From Poseidonia sp. (GTDB lineage Archaea; Thermoplasmatota; Poseidoniia; Poseidoniales; Poseidoniaceae), in NCBI GenBank assembly GCA_965661285.1, contig CBFIDD010000001.1, positions 224,001-288,000 of the forward strand: a stretch of 64,000 nucleotides of DNA. Direction: 5' to 3'. Position 1 is the first letter of the stretch; each line of letters starts with the position of its first letter. The notes under the pieces are model-generated. The model was not told the origin of the DNA and made no database searches. It saw only the letters and a list, made by a program, of their open reading frames with translations. Positions 29,148 through 38,846 of this stretch are shown piece after piece. Both the position numbers and the translations under genes were made by a program.

Positions 29148-31280
29148 ATGACGATTGAGTGGGTTTTTGATAAAGCGGGAGCGAACATGACCAAGCACCG
29201 TGACATGGAGGAAGGAATCGTCCAAGCCACAAGCACGATGACTCGCCTCGAGATTCTAGCTCGGGAAAACGAACAAAATCTTGTGGACCATCCTGCAGAC
29301 AACACAAAGCCCACACGATGCACCTATGAGGTGAAAAAACTCTCAGGGTCTGTCAAAGATGATTTTTATGCCACACTATGTATGAGTGATTATGGACCTC
29401 ACATAGATGGGGCAATAAAACCGCCCATTGCTGATTTCCCTGTTGCAACGAACCTTGTTTCAGATACCAGTGAAGACCTAAATCTTTTGATAATCCGCCA
29501 CGACAATGGAATTGGTTTACTCGGTGGTGAATTCATTGATGAGGGGACGGTCGACAAAAATTTTCGGGCGCTCGTGAAATCTTACGGACTTAATGAGAAG
29601 GGCGCAGATGGCGGCGGAGGTTCTCACGGTGTTGGGAAAAACGTTTACTGGCAGTGGTCCAAACACGGAATTGTCCTTTTTTATTCAAGCCTGTCAAAAG
29701 ATTACAAGGGCCACACTCGCAGATTCATTGGTACAGGCCGAGTGAAGGTGGCTCACATGGAGAAGGTAGGAGGGCCAACTTACCACCCCTATGGCCTCCT
29801 TGGAACAAAAACTACTCATGGAGGCGTTGATGCCTGTGTTTCGTTGTATGATGATGACGCAGATACCCTTGCGAAAAAACTCGGGCTAAATGTAAGGTCT
29901 CCAACTGAACCAGGTACAACCATCGTCATTGTAGGATTCAGGGACCCATTGGATCCAACAAAAGATTGGGTTGATGAAGCAATCAATGGAGAAACAACCT
30001 TGCGATTTTCGTCTGAGAAGAGTTGGTTTCCCGCAAAACTATCTAATGCACTCGAGGTATCTTATGTTGACGCATCAGGACCAGAAAACTGGGACCCAAC
30101 CGTAGGTAAAAGTTTTCGATTGTTGAAATGGTTGGAAAAGGGCCTTGATGAGGAGAAAGGGGCGGATGAATTAGTCCCCGGTCGCCCAAAACGTTGTCCT
30201 ACAACTTTGAAGAGAATTGAACTCGACTTGTCCATCCCAAGAGATTACCCAGGAAACAGCACAACTGGAGTCTTACGGTCAAAGGCCGTGCTGGCACTGA
30301 TGATTGTTGATGATGAAGAATTCGACCAACCGAACCCAGAACTTGGAGATGACAAATGGGGGACTACGGCGTGTATCAGACACACGGGCATGGTGGTCAC
30401 ATACAAACCATTCATTCAAAAACCTACAAAGTTTTATCGAGGCGTCCTGTTAGTTGGTAAGAGCGTTGATACTTTTGACAAAAAACTCCGGGGCACGCTC
30501 AATGCTGATGCACAGAAATTGGCAGAAGAAATGATGAAGTTCAGTGAGCCCGCAGTGCATGATGACTGGCAACCCAAAAATTTCAGCGCATACGTCGCAG
30601 GAAACGGTTCACTAGAATCTGGGTACAGAGCAGTCGCATCCGTTGGTGAAAGAAGAATTTCAACCTTCCTCAAAGATGTTGAGAAAGCAACAAGAGAAGC
30701 ACTTGGCCTTCTCGCACCACCGAAGGCCAAGAAATCTGCTGACTGGGCAGATTTGTCAAAAGAACTCGATTTTGGCTCAAGCAACTCTGATTCTGGAGGC
30801 AGGATCATCAGCATTACATCTTCAAAGGTGGTCAAAACTGATGGAAATAAAGCTAAACTTTCATTCAATGTTGATGTGCCTAGATTGGGGCCTGCAAACG
30901 GATGGAATTCGAAGACCACACATTGGTGGCTCAAAATCGTACCCAAACTGTTGTGGCCAAACGGGAAAAAGCAGACACCTCCCACAGAGATTGTCTGTAT
31001 TGACTTTGCTAATTTGCTGGATGATGCAAACAACTCAACATGGAAGAACCTAGCAAAGGTGAATTATGCTACTCGCAAAGCGGAGTGGAAGAAGAAAGCC
31101 AGCCGTCAAGCAAAAGCCATGAAAATTGATGAATGGGTTGGCAAGGTGAACCACTTGGAAAAGGCAGAAGTATTGACAAAAAACATCTCGTTGTCTTTCA
31201 AGAACATTGAAATTGACTTAACAGGATATGAGAATGCTATGTTGGTATTGTCTATCGAAGCTGGAGAGGTGAGACCATGA
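29148..31280 (+). CDS. GHKL-family ATPase-domain protein
   Basis: Bergerat motifs RENEQNLVD, HDNGIGL, GGGSHGVGK, PGTTIVI. Confidence 0.75.
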   Translation: MTIEWVFDKAGANMTKHRDMEEGIVQATSTMTRLEILARENEQNLVDHPADNTKPTRCTYEVKKLSGSVKDDFYATLCMSDYGPHIDGAIKPPIADFPVATNLVSDTSEDLNLLIIRHDNGIGLLGGEFIDEGTVDKNFRALVKSYGLNEKGADGGGGSHGVGKNVYWQWSKHGIVLFYSSLSKDYKGHTRRFIGTGRVKVAHMEKVGGPTYHPYGLLGTKTTHGGVDACVSLYDDDADTLAKKLGLNVRSPTEPGTTIVIVGFRDPLDPTKDWVDEAINGETTLRFSSEKSWFPAKLSNALEVSYVDASGPENWDPTVGKSFRLLKWLEKGLDEEKGADELVPGRPKRCPTTLKRIELDLSIPRDYPGNSTTGVLRSKAVLALMIVDDEEFDQPNPELGDDKWGTTACIRHTGMVVTYKPFIQKPTKFYRGVLLVGKSVDTFDKKLRGTLNADAQKLAEEMMKFSEPAVHDDWQPKNFSAYVAGNGSLESGYRAVASVGERRISTFLKDVEKATREALGLLAPPKAKKSADWADLSKELDFGSSNSDSGGRIISITSSKVVKTDGNKAKLSFNVDVPRLGPANGWNSKTTHWWLKIVPKLLWPNGKKQTPPTEIVCIDFANLLDDANNSTWKNLAKVNYATRKAEWKKKASRQAKAMKIDEWVGKVNHLEKAEVLTKNISLSFKNIEIDLTGYENAMLVLSIEAGEVRP

Positions 31281-32347
31281 GCAACACATCAAAAACACCT
31301 GCAATTATGCTGCCACACGAAACCGGAGAAATTACACTTACAAAGGCAATTGTTGAATTCAAAGATACATCCGGGAATCCTTGTTGGGACAAATATGAGT
31401 GGGTTAATTCTGATGATGATTCTCCCCGAGTGGATGCTCGCGAGTCGTATCCAAACTATTCAGAAGATCAACTCTATTCACCCGTTGATACCTGCGAGGT
31501 TTCCTTGACATTTTCTGCTGATACGGAGGATTGTCTCATGGATGTTGACGATGAATTCCAATATTGGGTCAAAATTATTAGCAGTGCATCAAAGTACCAG
31601 ATTGTGAGGCCTGGAGTAGAATCCAAGCGAGGGAAATATAATACCACGATGTCCGTCACCCTACTCCGAGATGAGTTTCTGAACCTCAAAGGACTTGTAG
31701 AGTGTGAGATTATCCTAATTAAATCAGGAGACGGCACGTCCGTCGGTACGAATCCTGTCAAGACTACCAGCGGAGTTTTTGCGACCTCTGACGGAGCAAT
31801 TCTTGCTACTTCCGATTCAGATTCAACGTTACAAATTGTGTTGGACGACCCATCCGCCCCGACATCAAAGGGAATGGAACTTGAATGGATTGACATGAGC
31901 GATACTCCAAACGCACAATATGTCTTGAATTATTTGAATTGTGAAAATCCCAATGAAACGAACTTCAAAATCACACTCCAATTGAATGACAAGTCTCACC
32001 TATTTTCACTTCGAAATGCACTTGGTGGCAGAAAAAAAGATCTGAAGAAATTGGTCATCAGCCAAATATCTTCAACTGTGTCAATGAATCTTCTCTATGA
32101 CCTCTGCAATACTCATGAAGCATTTATCCAATCCGTAATTGATGGTACAGCAACGCCAGTGGATGATTCTCTTCTAGAGTTCTGTATATCTGTTTTAACA
32201 GGTGTGGCAAAATCAATTAGCATGGATTACGAAGAGATTTTTTCGGCATTCGTGGGAGACATAGACAAGGTCAGAGAAATAGCACTCAAGATTCAAAATT
32301 CCAAAGCAATGGATGCTCTGTTGACTGAATTGGTGAGTTCTTTTTGA
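31277..32347 (+). CDS. Hypothetical protein, translationally coupled to the GHKL gene
   Basis: ATGA overlap and GGAGAGGTGA SD; acidic 356-aa ORF. Confidence 0.8.
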   Translation: MSNTSKTPAIMLPHETGEITLTKAIVEFKDTSGNPCWDKYEWVNSDDDSPRVDARESYPNYSEDQLYSPVDTCEVSLTFSADTEDCLMDVDDEFQYWVKIISSASKYQIVRPGVESKRGKYNTTMSVTLLRDEFLNLKGLVECEIILIKSGDGTSVGTNPVKTTSGVFATSDGAILATSDSDSTLQIVLDDPSAPTSKGMELEWIDMSDTPNAQYVLNYLNCENPNETNFKITLQLNDKSHLFSLRNALGGRKKDLKKLVISQISSTVSMNLLYDLCNTHEAFIQSVIDGTATPVDDSLLEFCISVLTGVAKSISMDYEEIFSAFVGDIDKVREIALKIQNSKAMDALLTELVSSF

Positions 32348-32356
32348 GGTGAAAAT

Positions 32357-33229
32357 ATGGCATTAGTATCAGTAAAAAAATTGCAATTGCAAAAAGACAG
32401 CACAGCCTCGCGCTCAAAGTTTGTTGAGGGCAAGATCAAACCATTGCACGACCCAACCAAAATATGGGCGAATCCCTTGTGGCCTCTTCCGACCAACGAC
32501 GAGGTTGTAGAAGTTGACGGAGTGGAATACAATGAGAATGAAGTTATCAAACTGCTTGACAAAGCGGGTGGTGACTTGAAAAAACTAATTCCTCTATCAA
32601 CAACGGAAGAGGCTGCAAGAGTCGCACTAGAAGCGGCAATAGAAGCGCGGAAAATTGCACCATCTGGGGCGAACAAAAAAGCTGCTAAGGCAGTGGAAGC
32701 AAAGGCAAAGAAAGTACAGGAAAAGGCGACTGAGGATAAAAATAGTGCCAAAATAAAGATTGAAACAAAACTTGGAATTGCGCTTCATGAATACTTGAAA
32801 GACCTGCCAAGGAAGATTCTCTTTGACAACGCTTTTTGGTTCTATCTTTTTTGGAAATCACCAATTTATGGCGTCCATCGATATGAGACTTGGGACCCTC
32901 ATGAAAATCAAATAAAGAGCGAGGTCAGAATGTACGGAGGGTGGACAAGAGCGAGTATTCCTGCTGCCTACCTTTCGTATTATCTCGCCAACGAATGCGG
33001 AATTTCTGATGCGGACTACAAGAAGAAGAGATGTGGTGCTCGGTTGCGGATGTGGATTCTTGACGAGTCGCCTCTCATCTCAAACAAACTAAGAAAGAGT
33101 TTTGTATCCGCCGTCATAGGCGGGAAAAACCTTGATGACACATGGAAAGCCTTGTTTCAAAAATTGGGCGCCCTTGATGTTGACACACTGACTCAAGCCC
33201 AGATTGACACTCTGATTGCAGGGCTGTGA
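32357..33229 (+). CDS. Hypothetical protein, DUF6339-like
   Basis: GAGGTGA SD; LHEYLKDLP...DNAFWFYL resembles my recollection of the DUF6339 motif (unverified). Confidence 0.55.
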   Translation: MALVSVKKLQLQKDSTASRSKFVEGKIKPLHDPTKIWANPLWPLPTNDEVVEVDGVEYNENEVIKLLDKAGGDLKKLIPLSTTEEAARVALEAAIEARKIAPSGANKKAAKAVEAKAKKVQEKATEDKNSAKIKIETKLGIALHEYLKDLPRKILFDNAFWFYLFWKSPIYGVHRYETWDPHENQIKSEVRMYGGWTRASIPAAYLSYYLANECGISDADYKKKRCGARLRMWILDESPLISNKLRKSFVSAVIGGKNLDDTWKALFQKLGALDVDTLTQAQIDTLIAGL

Positions 33230-33231
33230 TG

Positions 33232-34386
33232 TCAGGATTCTCCTAAGAGAATTATGGCAATGTGCTTGGCCATAAGAGGTGGCACGGCGTTGCCAAGCAT
33301 CTTGTTCAGATTGGTCCGTTTCTGATTGCGGAAGTCGAAGAAGTCCGGGAAGGATTGCACCCTGGCCGCCTCTCGAACAGTGAGGCAGCGTGCCAGCTTC
33401 GGGTGGGTGAACCGACCTCGGCCGTTACACGAGTAGCCGGTCGTGATGGTGGGGGCCGGTCGATCCCAATACATTCGCCCGTACACCGCAGGGTAGGTAT
33501 TGCCGCTTGGCCCGTGTTCGTCGTACTTCTGATGACATTCGGGTCGAAGCTCGGGAGGAAGTTCGTACTCATCGTTCTCAATGAGGTAATCCATACGAGC
33601 CTGGTTCACTTCCTTGGCTGTAGAGGCTGAATTGAGCACATCGTTTTCATCATACACCTCAAGGAGATCCCCAATCGCCCAAGATATGGGCCGCTCTTCA
33701 ATCCCCTGTCGGTGCTGGAATGACGAAAGATTGAGCGTCGAAACCCTGCTGGCGATTGAGAAATGTCGCTTTCGCATTTGTGGCACGCCAACATTTCGGC
33801 CGTCAATCAGGCCTTCAACGGTAGAATAACCCTCAGTCTCCAGCCAATTTTTCGTCTCGCTTACGACGTTTTGTTGCGCCCTTCGAACACCAGCAACATT
33901 CTCAATAATGGCGTATTCTGGCTTGAGTATCTCAATCATTCGAGCCATTCGGAGGTAGAGGAGGTTTCGTTCGTCTGTTCCTCGGGTGTGATTGTTCAGG
34001 TTGGAATTGCCTTGACAAGGGGGGCCACCAACGATGAGATTGATCTCACCAACCGATTCCATGAATTTACGTTCAGATTCGGTCGGAGGTTGCCCGCGTT
34101 CGCCGTCAATCACCGTCTCAATAGGCTCCGATCGAATTTCAACACCGGTGAAATTTTTTGCATAGACCTCTGTTGCGGCCGTGAAAATGTCCCATGCAAT
34201 GACGGGTTGCAATTGGATGTTCAGATCCAAACACGCTGCTTGTACGCCCATGCTGATGCCGCCACACCCAGAAAAAAGGTCAATCATTCGGAGAGTCCGC
34301 TGCGGTAAAGAGCGCAATCCAGGGCGGCGTTTTCTTCGGAGCCACTTCCAGTCTTGGTCCATCTTGGGCCGCTGAACTGACTCCAT
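33232..34386 (-). CDS. dcm: DNA (cytosine-5) methyltransferase
   Basis: DLFSGCGG, GGPPCQG, ENV, PQMRKRHF, GNAVPP. Confidence 0.95.
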   Translation of the reverse strand: MESVQRPKMDQDWKWLRRKRRPGLRSLPQRTLRMIDLFSGCGGISMGVQAACLDLNIQLQPVIAWDIFTAATEVYAKNFTGVEIRSEPIETVIDGERGQPPTESERKFMESVGEINLIVGGPPCQGNSNLNNHTRGTDERNLLYLRMARMIEILKPEYAIIENVAGVRRAQQNVVSETKNWLETEGYSTVEGLIDGRNVGVPQMRKRHFSIASRVSTLNLSSFQHRQGIEERPISWAIGDLLEVYDENDVLNSASTAKEVNQARMDYLIENDEYELPPELRPECHQKYDEHGPSGNTYPAVYGRMYWDRPAPTITTGYSCNGRGRFTHPKLARCLTVREAARVQSFPDFFDFRNQKRTNLNKMLGNAVPPLMAKHIAIILLGES

Positions 34387-34491
34387 GTTATCCTAACGAC
34401 ACCGACAGCATTTAGAGGTTGAGCAGACAATGGTTGAAGTGGAATCTCTCATTGATTAACACTTCAAATAGTCTGGTTGGACATCTCTACC

Positions 34492-35022
34492 ATGACACAC
34501 AAACTGGACCCTGTACTGGACGCTGGACTGCGCTCCAAGGCAAGCTTCATGAAATCTCAAAACGGAGAGAAGTGGGGCTACATTGACACCTTCAAGCACG
34601 AGCAAGGACACTCGAAGTGCGTGTTCGAAACCGATGAAAACGGTTCGTTCCTCCAACTGACCCTGATGAACGAGGACGTCGGTGATGAGCACGTCCCCGA
34701 ACTTCTTGAAGTGATCAACATCATGAACGGCATTCAGGACCAGGTTCGCTTCTTCTATCATCTCGGCAACGGTTCCCTCTTCGCCAAGCGCGAGTTCATC
34801 GTTGAGGGGCGCAAGCCAAAGCAAATTCAGGAGATGGTGTTTGAACGCTACGACCGCATGAAGGACATCTTCGACGACCTGCTCTGGTCCTATGATTGGA
34901 AAGTCAAAACCGGTGGGGATTTCGAAGCCCTCTTCGAGGCCCTTGCCAAGCACAACGAAGACCGCAAAAAACGCAAAGACCGCAACAAAGGAAAGGAAGG
35001 CTTTGACCCTGCTTACGCTTGA
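34492..35022 (+). CDS. Hypothetical protein, possibly YbjN/T3SS-chaperone-like fold
   Basis: Host-like codon usage; VPELLEVINIMN helix followed by beta strands; fold call tentative. Confidence 0.6.
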   Translation: MTHKLDPVLDAGLRSKASFMKSQNGEKWGYIDTFKHEQGHSKCVFETDENGSFLQLTLMNEDVGDEHVPELLEVINIMNGIQDQVRFFYHLGNGSLFAKREFIVEGRKPKQIQEMVFERYDRMKDIFDDLLWSYDWKVKTGGDFEALFEALAKHNEDRKKRKDRNKGKEGFDPAYA

Positions 35023-35140
35023 CGCTGGTGCTTCGCCCGCCCTGCACTGGGACAACCGGAAAGGGTGTTGGTTGAGGAATCGTGTTGAGCAGCCGTGAAT
35101 GGAGAGTCAATGTTTTTACTTGTTCCCAAAAGCGAACGCC

Positions 35141-36121
35141 ATGAACGGCAGTGAAAAAGGCCTGCAGGCCCTCAGTCTCGCTGCCATCGTGATCTTGTCA
35201 GCGGTCGTCATGGACCTGTTGAGCGAGCCCGACCAAGACCCTGAAATCGTCTATGTGATGGTTGACAACCGCATCATCATCGATGAAAACACCACTGTGG
35301 AAGAATTGAGCAGAGACGATGTTGCCAGGGTGGCTTCCTTCAACATCAAGGTGTTTGGCGACACCAAGATAAGCAACGCCACCGTCGTAGAGGAACTGGT
35401 GGACCTCTTCCAGCACTACGATTTGGTCGCCGTCCAAGAGATCAAAGACATCGACGAGGAGGTCCCTTTCCTCTTCCTTGATGAGTTGAACGATGTGGGC
35501 GCACAACGCGATGTTCTCAACCAAACGCTCCCGTGGAACATGGTTCTCTCCCAACGAAGTGGCTTGCAAGAGGATGACAGAAACTCTCAGGAGCAGTACG
35601 CCTACTACTACAACCCAACCGTGTTCCGGCCAATGGACAACGGCACCTTGTACGATGACAGCGTGAATGATTCCTTCCAGCGCGAGCCCTTCCTTGCGCG
35701 CTTCATGCTGCTTGATCATGATGGAAATGACACGGGCACCGACATGGTGTTCGTCAACATTCACACCAAACCCACCCGGGCCGTTGAGGAGATGAGCGCC
35801 TTGGGCGATGTCCATGCCTGGGGGCAAACAAACTATTCCGACGACGACGATTACGTCATCCTTGGCGACTTCAACGGCGATTGCTCCTACGCCTCATACA
35901 ACGAGTTGATTGAACTCTCCATCGCTTCGGAGAACTACACGTGGCTGATTCCCGACGATGCTGACACCACGATGGGTGATTCACGATGTGCGTACGACCG
36001 CATCGTGGCCTCAAGCGATTTGGACGGCCGCCTCACAGGCAACTGGGGTATCGATGAACGGGTGAGCAGCGGCGCAGTCTCCGACCACAAACCGGTGTGG
36101 TTTGACATCAAGCGAAGTTGA
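35141..36121 (+). CDS. Membrane-anchored DNase I-like EEP nuclease
   Basis: N-terminal TM; SFNIKVFG, QEIKD, FQREPF, GDFNGDCSY, WLIPDDADTT, CAYDRIV, SDHKPV. Confidence 0.9.
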   Translation: MNGSEKGLQALSLAAIVILSAVVMDLLSEPDQDPEIVYVMVDNRIIIDENTTVEELSRDDVARVASFNIKVFGDTKISNATVVEELVDLFQHYDLVAVQEIKDIDEEVPFLFLDELNDVGAQRDVLNQTLPWNMVLSQRSGLQEDDRNSQEQYAYYYNPTVFRPMDNGTLYDDSVNDSFQREPFLARFMLLDHDGNDTGTDMVFVNIHTKPTRAVEEMSALGDVHAWGQTNYSDDDDYVILGDFNGDCSYASYNELIELSIASENYTWLIPDDADTTMGDSRCAYDRIVASSDLDGRLTGNWGIDERVSSGAVSDHKPVWFDIKRS

Positions 36122-36226
36122 CCTGGCCAAATCGTCTCGAAGGTCATGCCCTTACCTGAATCGAACCGCTCTTGTGCTGACACAATGCTCGCACTCAGGA
36201 AGAGGGAGACACGGGCGGCCTGACGG

Positions 36227-37054
36227 TTAGCCACCCAAGATGAGACTCAGCACCGAAAGGATGAACCCTATGACCATCAGCACCATGAAGCCAGCGATGA
36301 TCACAAAGGATGTACCGAGCCCTTTGGCGAGGGACCAACGCCCGGTGACCGCAGAATATCCAATCATGCCGATAAGCGCAATGGGAACGATGGTGAAGGC
36401 CAGCTGCTGATTTCGAGGTTGTTCAACGTCGTAGTAGTGAGCTTCAGCGCCAAAGTCATGGTAATCAATCCGAAGGCCGATGGATTCGTTGGCTTTACCG
36501 TTGAGTACAAATTCAGCCGTGTGGTTGAGCTGGTCGTATTCGCCGAGTTTGGTCCATTCATACTCCCCACCGCCCACAGCCATGTAGGAGTACATGCACA
36601 CACTTTGCAAGGTTTCAACCTCACAGTTTGCGTAGTAATCGTCTTGATGGAAGTTGTTTAGACCGATGAAAATTTCCGGACGGTAAGCCATGGAGAAGGT
36701 GTTGTAAGAAGGATCGATGAAAATGATGTACACGGATTCTTCCACGCCGTGCGACACCTTGGGGTCTGCATCAAACTGGAAAACGCCGTTGTCATCGCTG
36801 TAAATCGTCCATTCCACCCGTCGATCAAATTCCCAAGCACCTGGCGAAAACAGGCTGCTGTTGGTGAGGAAGAGAACAACGAGTATTGGAATCAAAATAC
36901 CCAACAAAAACAGGGGGCCATTGGCTTCAGGCTCCTGTTGTTCCGGTTCTTCTTCCACCATCGGCGCCGCCTTGACCTCGACTGCGCTCTTGGCTTCCTC
37001 GGGTGAAGAGGCGATGATGACGGGAGCTGGGGCGCTTTCAACCTCATCTGGCAT
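36227..37054 (-). CDS. Hypothetical membrane protein
   Basis: Acidic N-terminus, one TM, soluble domain, two C-terminal TMs. Confidence 0.75.
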   Translation of the reverse strand: MPDEVESAPAPVIIASSPEEAKSAVEVKAAPMVEEEPEQQEPEANGPLFLLGILIPILVVLFLTNSSLFSPGAWEFDRRVEWTIYSDDNGVFQFDADPKVSHGVEESVYIIFIDPSYNTFSMAYRPEIFIGLNNFHQDDYYANCEVETLQSVCMYSYMAVGGGEYEWTKLGEYDQLNHTAEFVLNGKANESIGLRIDYHDFGAEAHYYDVEQPRNQQLAFTIVPIALIGMIGYSAVTGRWSLAKGLGTSFVIIAGFMVLMVIGFILSVLSLILGG

Positions 37055-37166
37055 GGATTTTCTACGGTTGGGACTGCTATAATGCTGGCCCCTTCAACCG
37101 TCGTTTCATCGAGGTTTCAGGTTCCTTCACGGTGACCACCTGCGATGCACCAACGGATGGAGGTCG

Positions 37167-37230
37167 GGTGGCCCTGGCCGGAATTGAACCGGCTCCTCTG
37201 CTCGCGCAGCGTGCACCTTACACCAAGGGC
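37167..37230 (-). ncRNA. tRNA-like element with truncated anticodon arm
   Basis: GCCCT/AGGGC acceptor-like stem, D-arm GTGT-AAGGT-GCAC, CTGC-GCGA-GCAG hairpin, perfect T-arm GCCGG-TTCAATT-CCGGC. Confidence 0.6.
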
Positions 37231-37301
37231 GGGCCGTAGCTCCTCCACCATTCCTCAACCCGAGACACCTGCGTTCGCTTGCCCGTGTGCGAACACCGAC
37301 C

Positions 37302-38846
37302 TCAGTCGGCGCACGAGCCATCGTCAGGGAGGAATTGGAATTGATGCGGCATGGTCGTAACGTCCGTGTAATCGTCCTCGTCCAAGCACACGATGGTCAT
37401 CTCCATCGGCGCTCTGCCCATCATCGGTGGCAGGCAGTCGTAGTACGCCACAACGGCCCTCATCACTTCGCCAAGCGAAGCCGTGCCGTGGGATACGGTC
37501 ACGATGTGCCTGACCTGCATCGATGTGATGCTCGGATACGCCCTGCTGTAGGGTTGTGATTTGGCCAACTCGAGCATCGTTTTGGCGAGCTGCGGCGTGG
37601 CATCCTCGCCCGACCACTTCAGCCTCTTGACGGGATTGCTCATCCACGGCGCTGGCGACTGCAACTCCAGCGTTTGACCAAGCCATCTTGCACACCTTCC
37701 GACGACCTTCTGTCTGAGACTTTCCCTGACCGCCAGCACGGTGTTGGGGCCATGGAGGGCAGGGGCAAGCCTAAGCAGGTCACCGTGGACGATGTGGAGC
37801 TTGAACGCTTCACCCAACAGCCTGTAGGTCCTTTTTGGAAACCCGCCGAGCAAGAGTGAAGGATGGTCGAGCAACCACCTCAGGTAGTCGGCGTAAGCGC
37901 CCGGCGGCCACGCATGCAACGGAGGTGTGGGCCCGAGAAAGGCGGGACCCGGCTCGTGTTCGTCGTGAAACCTTACCCAGTCCCTCATCCACTGTTCATG
38001 TGTCGGTGCATCGGGATGAACGGGCGGGGTGGGTTCGCTGCTGAGCAGGTCGGCCACCGCTTCGGGCGACATCGACACTTCGGGCATGGTCGTCCAAAAC
38101 CAAGGCTGCATGGCGTCGTCCCAGTCTTTCTGCGCGAGGGGACCTTCCACACCGTGATGCACCTCAAACACGCTGGCGCTGTGGGTTTGCATGTTGCCGT
38201 AGAAGTCGGGCGACATCCACTCAACGGGCCCTTTGTTCACGAGCATGGAACCGTTCTCCAGGTGAAGCACGGCCTCACCGCTTGAGGAAAACCACGGATG
38301 TTCCCCGTCAAGGAAATGGGCGTGCTTGAGGTCGAGCACCACGAGACCGCCTTCCCTGATCTTGTGCACGTAAGCACCGATGAGGTGGGGAAACGCTCTG
38401 TCGTCGCCCGTGCTGTGCGGGTCCAACCACTCGAGCCAGTCCACGTAGAGGATGTCCACGGGCGGCGAGGCGGTCAGTTTCGAGAAGGCCTCGTGTTGAA
38501 TGTGAACCTGCCAGTGGGGTGTGGAAAGCGCCGCCTTCCTGTAGACGGCGTGGCCCTGCGACGTGTCTGAAATCCTTTGCCAGGTCGCCATCCCCGCCTC
38601 GTTGGCGTTGATGCCCCAACCATCGGGCGTGTACTCGCTGTACTCCACCACGACATGGATGAAGGGATGACCTGCATCGCTGACCAAACCAAAACTGGCG
38701 TGGTGGTGCATGGCGGCTGCGGGATGGACGATGACCAGCGGCCTTCCCTCAGGCGGCTCGATGGGCAAACCGATGCCAGCGGGCGGCCCGTAAGCCACGC
38801 ACCCACCGAATCCTTGGGGTGCTCTTCTGCTAGCTGCCATGCTCAT
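37302..38846 (-). CDS. Hypothetical protein: degenerate methyltransferase-like N-half, macrodomain-like C-terminus
   Basis: TGATG overlap with upstream stop; VDILYVD...KIREGGLVVLD; LHIVHGDL...TIVCLDEDDY; 22/22 Arg codons AGR. Confidence 0.7.
   Translation of the reverse strand: MSMAASRRAPQGFGGCVAYGPPAGIGLPIEPPEGRPLVIVHPAAAMHHHASFGLVSDAGHPFIHVVVEYSEYTPDGWGINANEAGMATWQRISDTSQGHAVYRKAALSTPHWQVHIQHEAFSKLTASPPVDILYVDWLEWLDPHSTGDDRAFPHLIGAYVHKIREGGLVVLDLKHAHFLDGEHPWFSSSGEAVLHLENGSMLVNKGPVEWMSPDFYGNMQTHSASVFEVHHGVEGPLAQKDWDDAMQPWFWTTMPEVSMSPEAVADLLSSEPTPPVHPDAPTHEQWMRDWVRFHDEHEPGPAFLGPTPPLHAWPPGAYADYLRWLLDHPSLLLGGFPKRTYRLLGEAFKLHIVHGDLLRLAPALHGPNTVLAVRESLRQKVVGRCARWLGQTLELQSPAPWMSNPVKRLKWSGEDATPQLAKTMLELAKSQPYSRAYPSITSMQVRHIVTVSHGTASLGEVMRAVVAYYDCLPPMMGRAPMEMTIVCLDEDDYTDVTTMPHQFQFLPDDGSCAD

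Noticed and set aside
36147-36207. Second tRNA-like remnant (minus strand GGTTCGATTC preceded by a TTGTG/CACAA hairpin)
   Set aside because: The T-stem does not pair and there is no D-arm; more likely chance or a terminator between convergent genes.
35070-37260. 11-bp inverted repeat GGTTGAGGAAT (35070-35080 and 37250-37260)
   Set aside because: Short, with no transposase or target-site duplication, and GGTTGA/TCAACC is common in this window.
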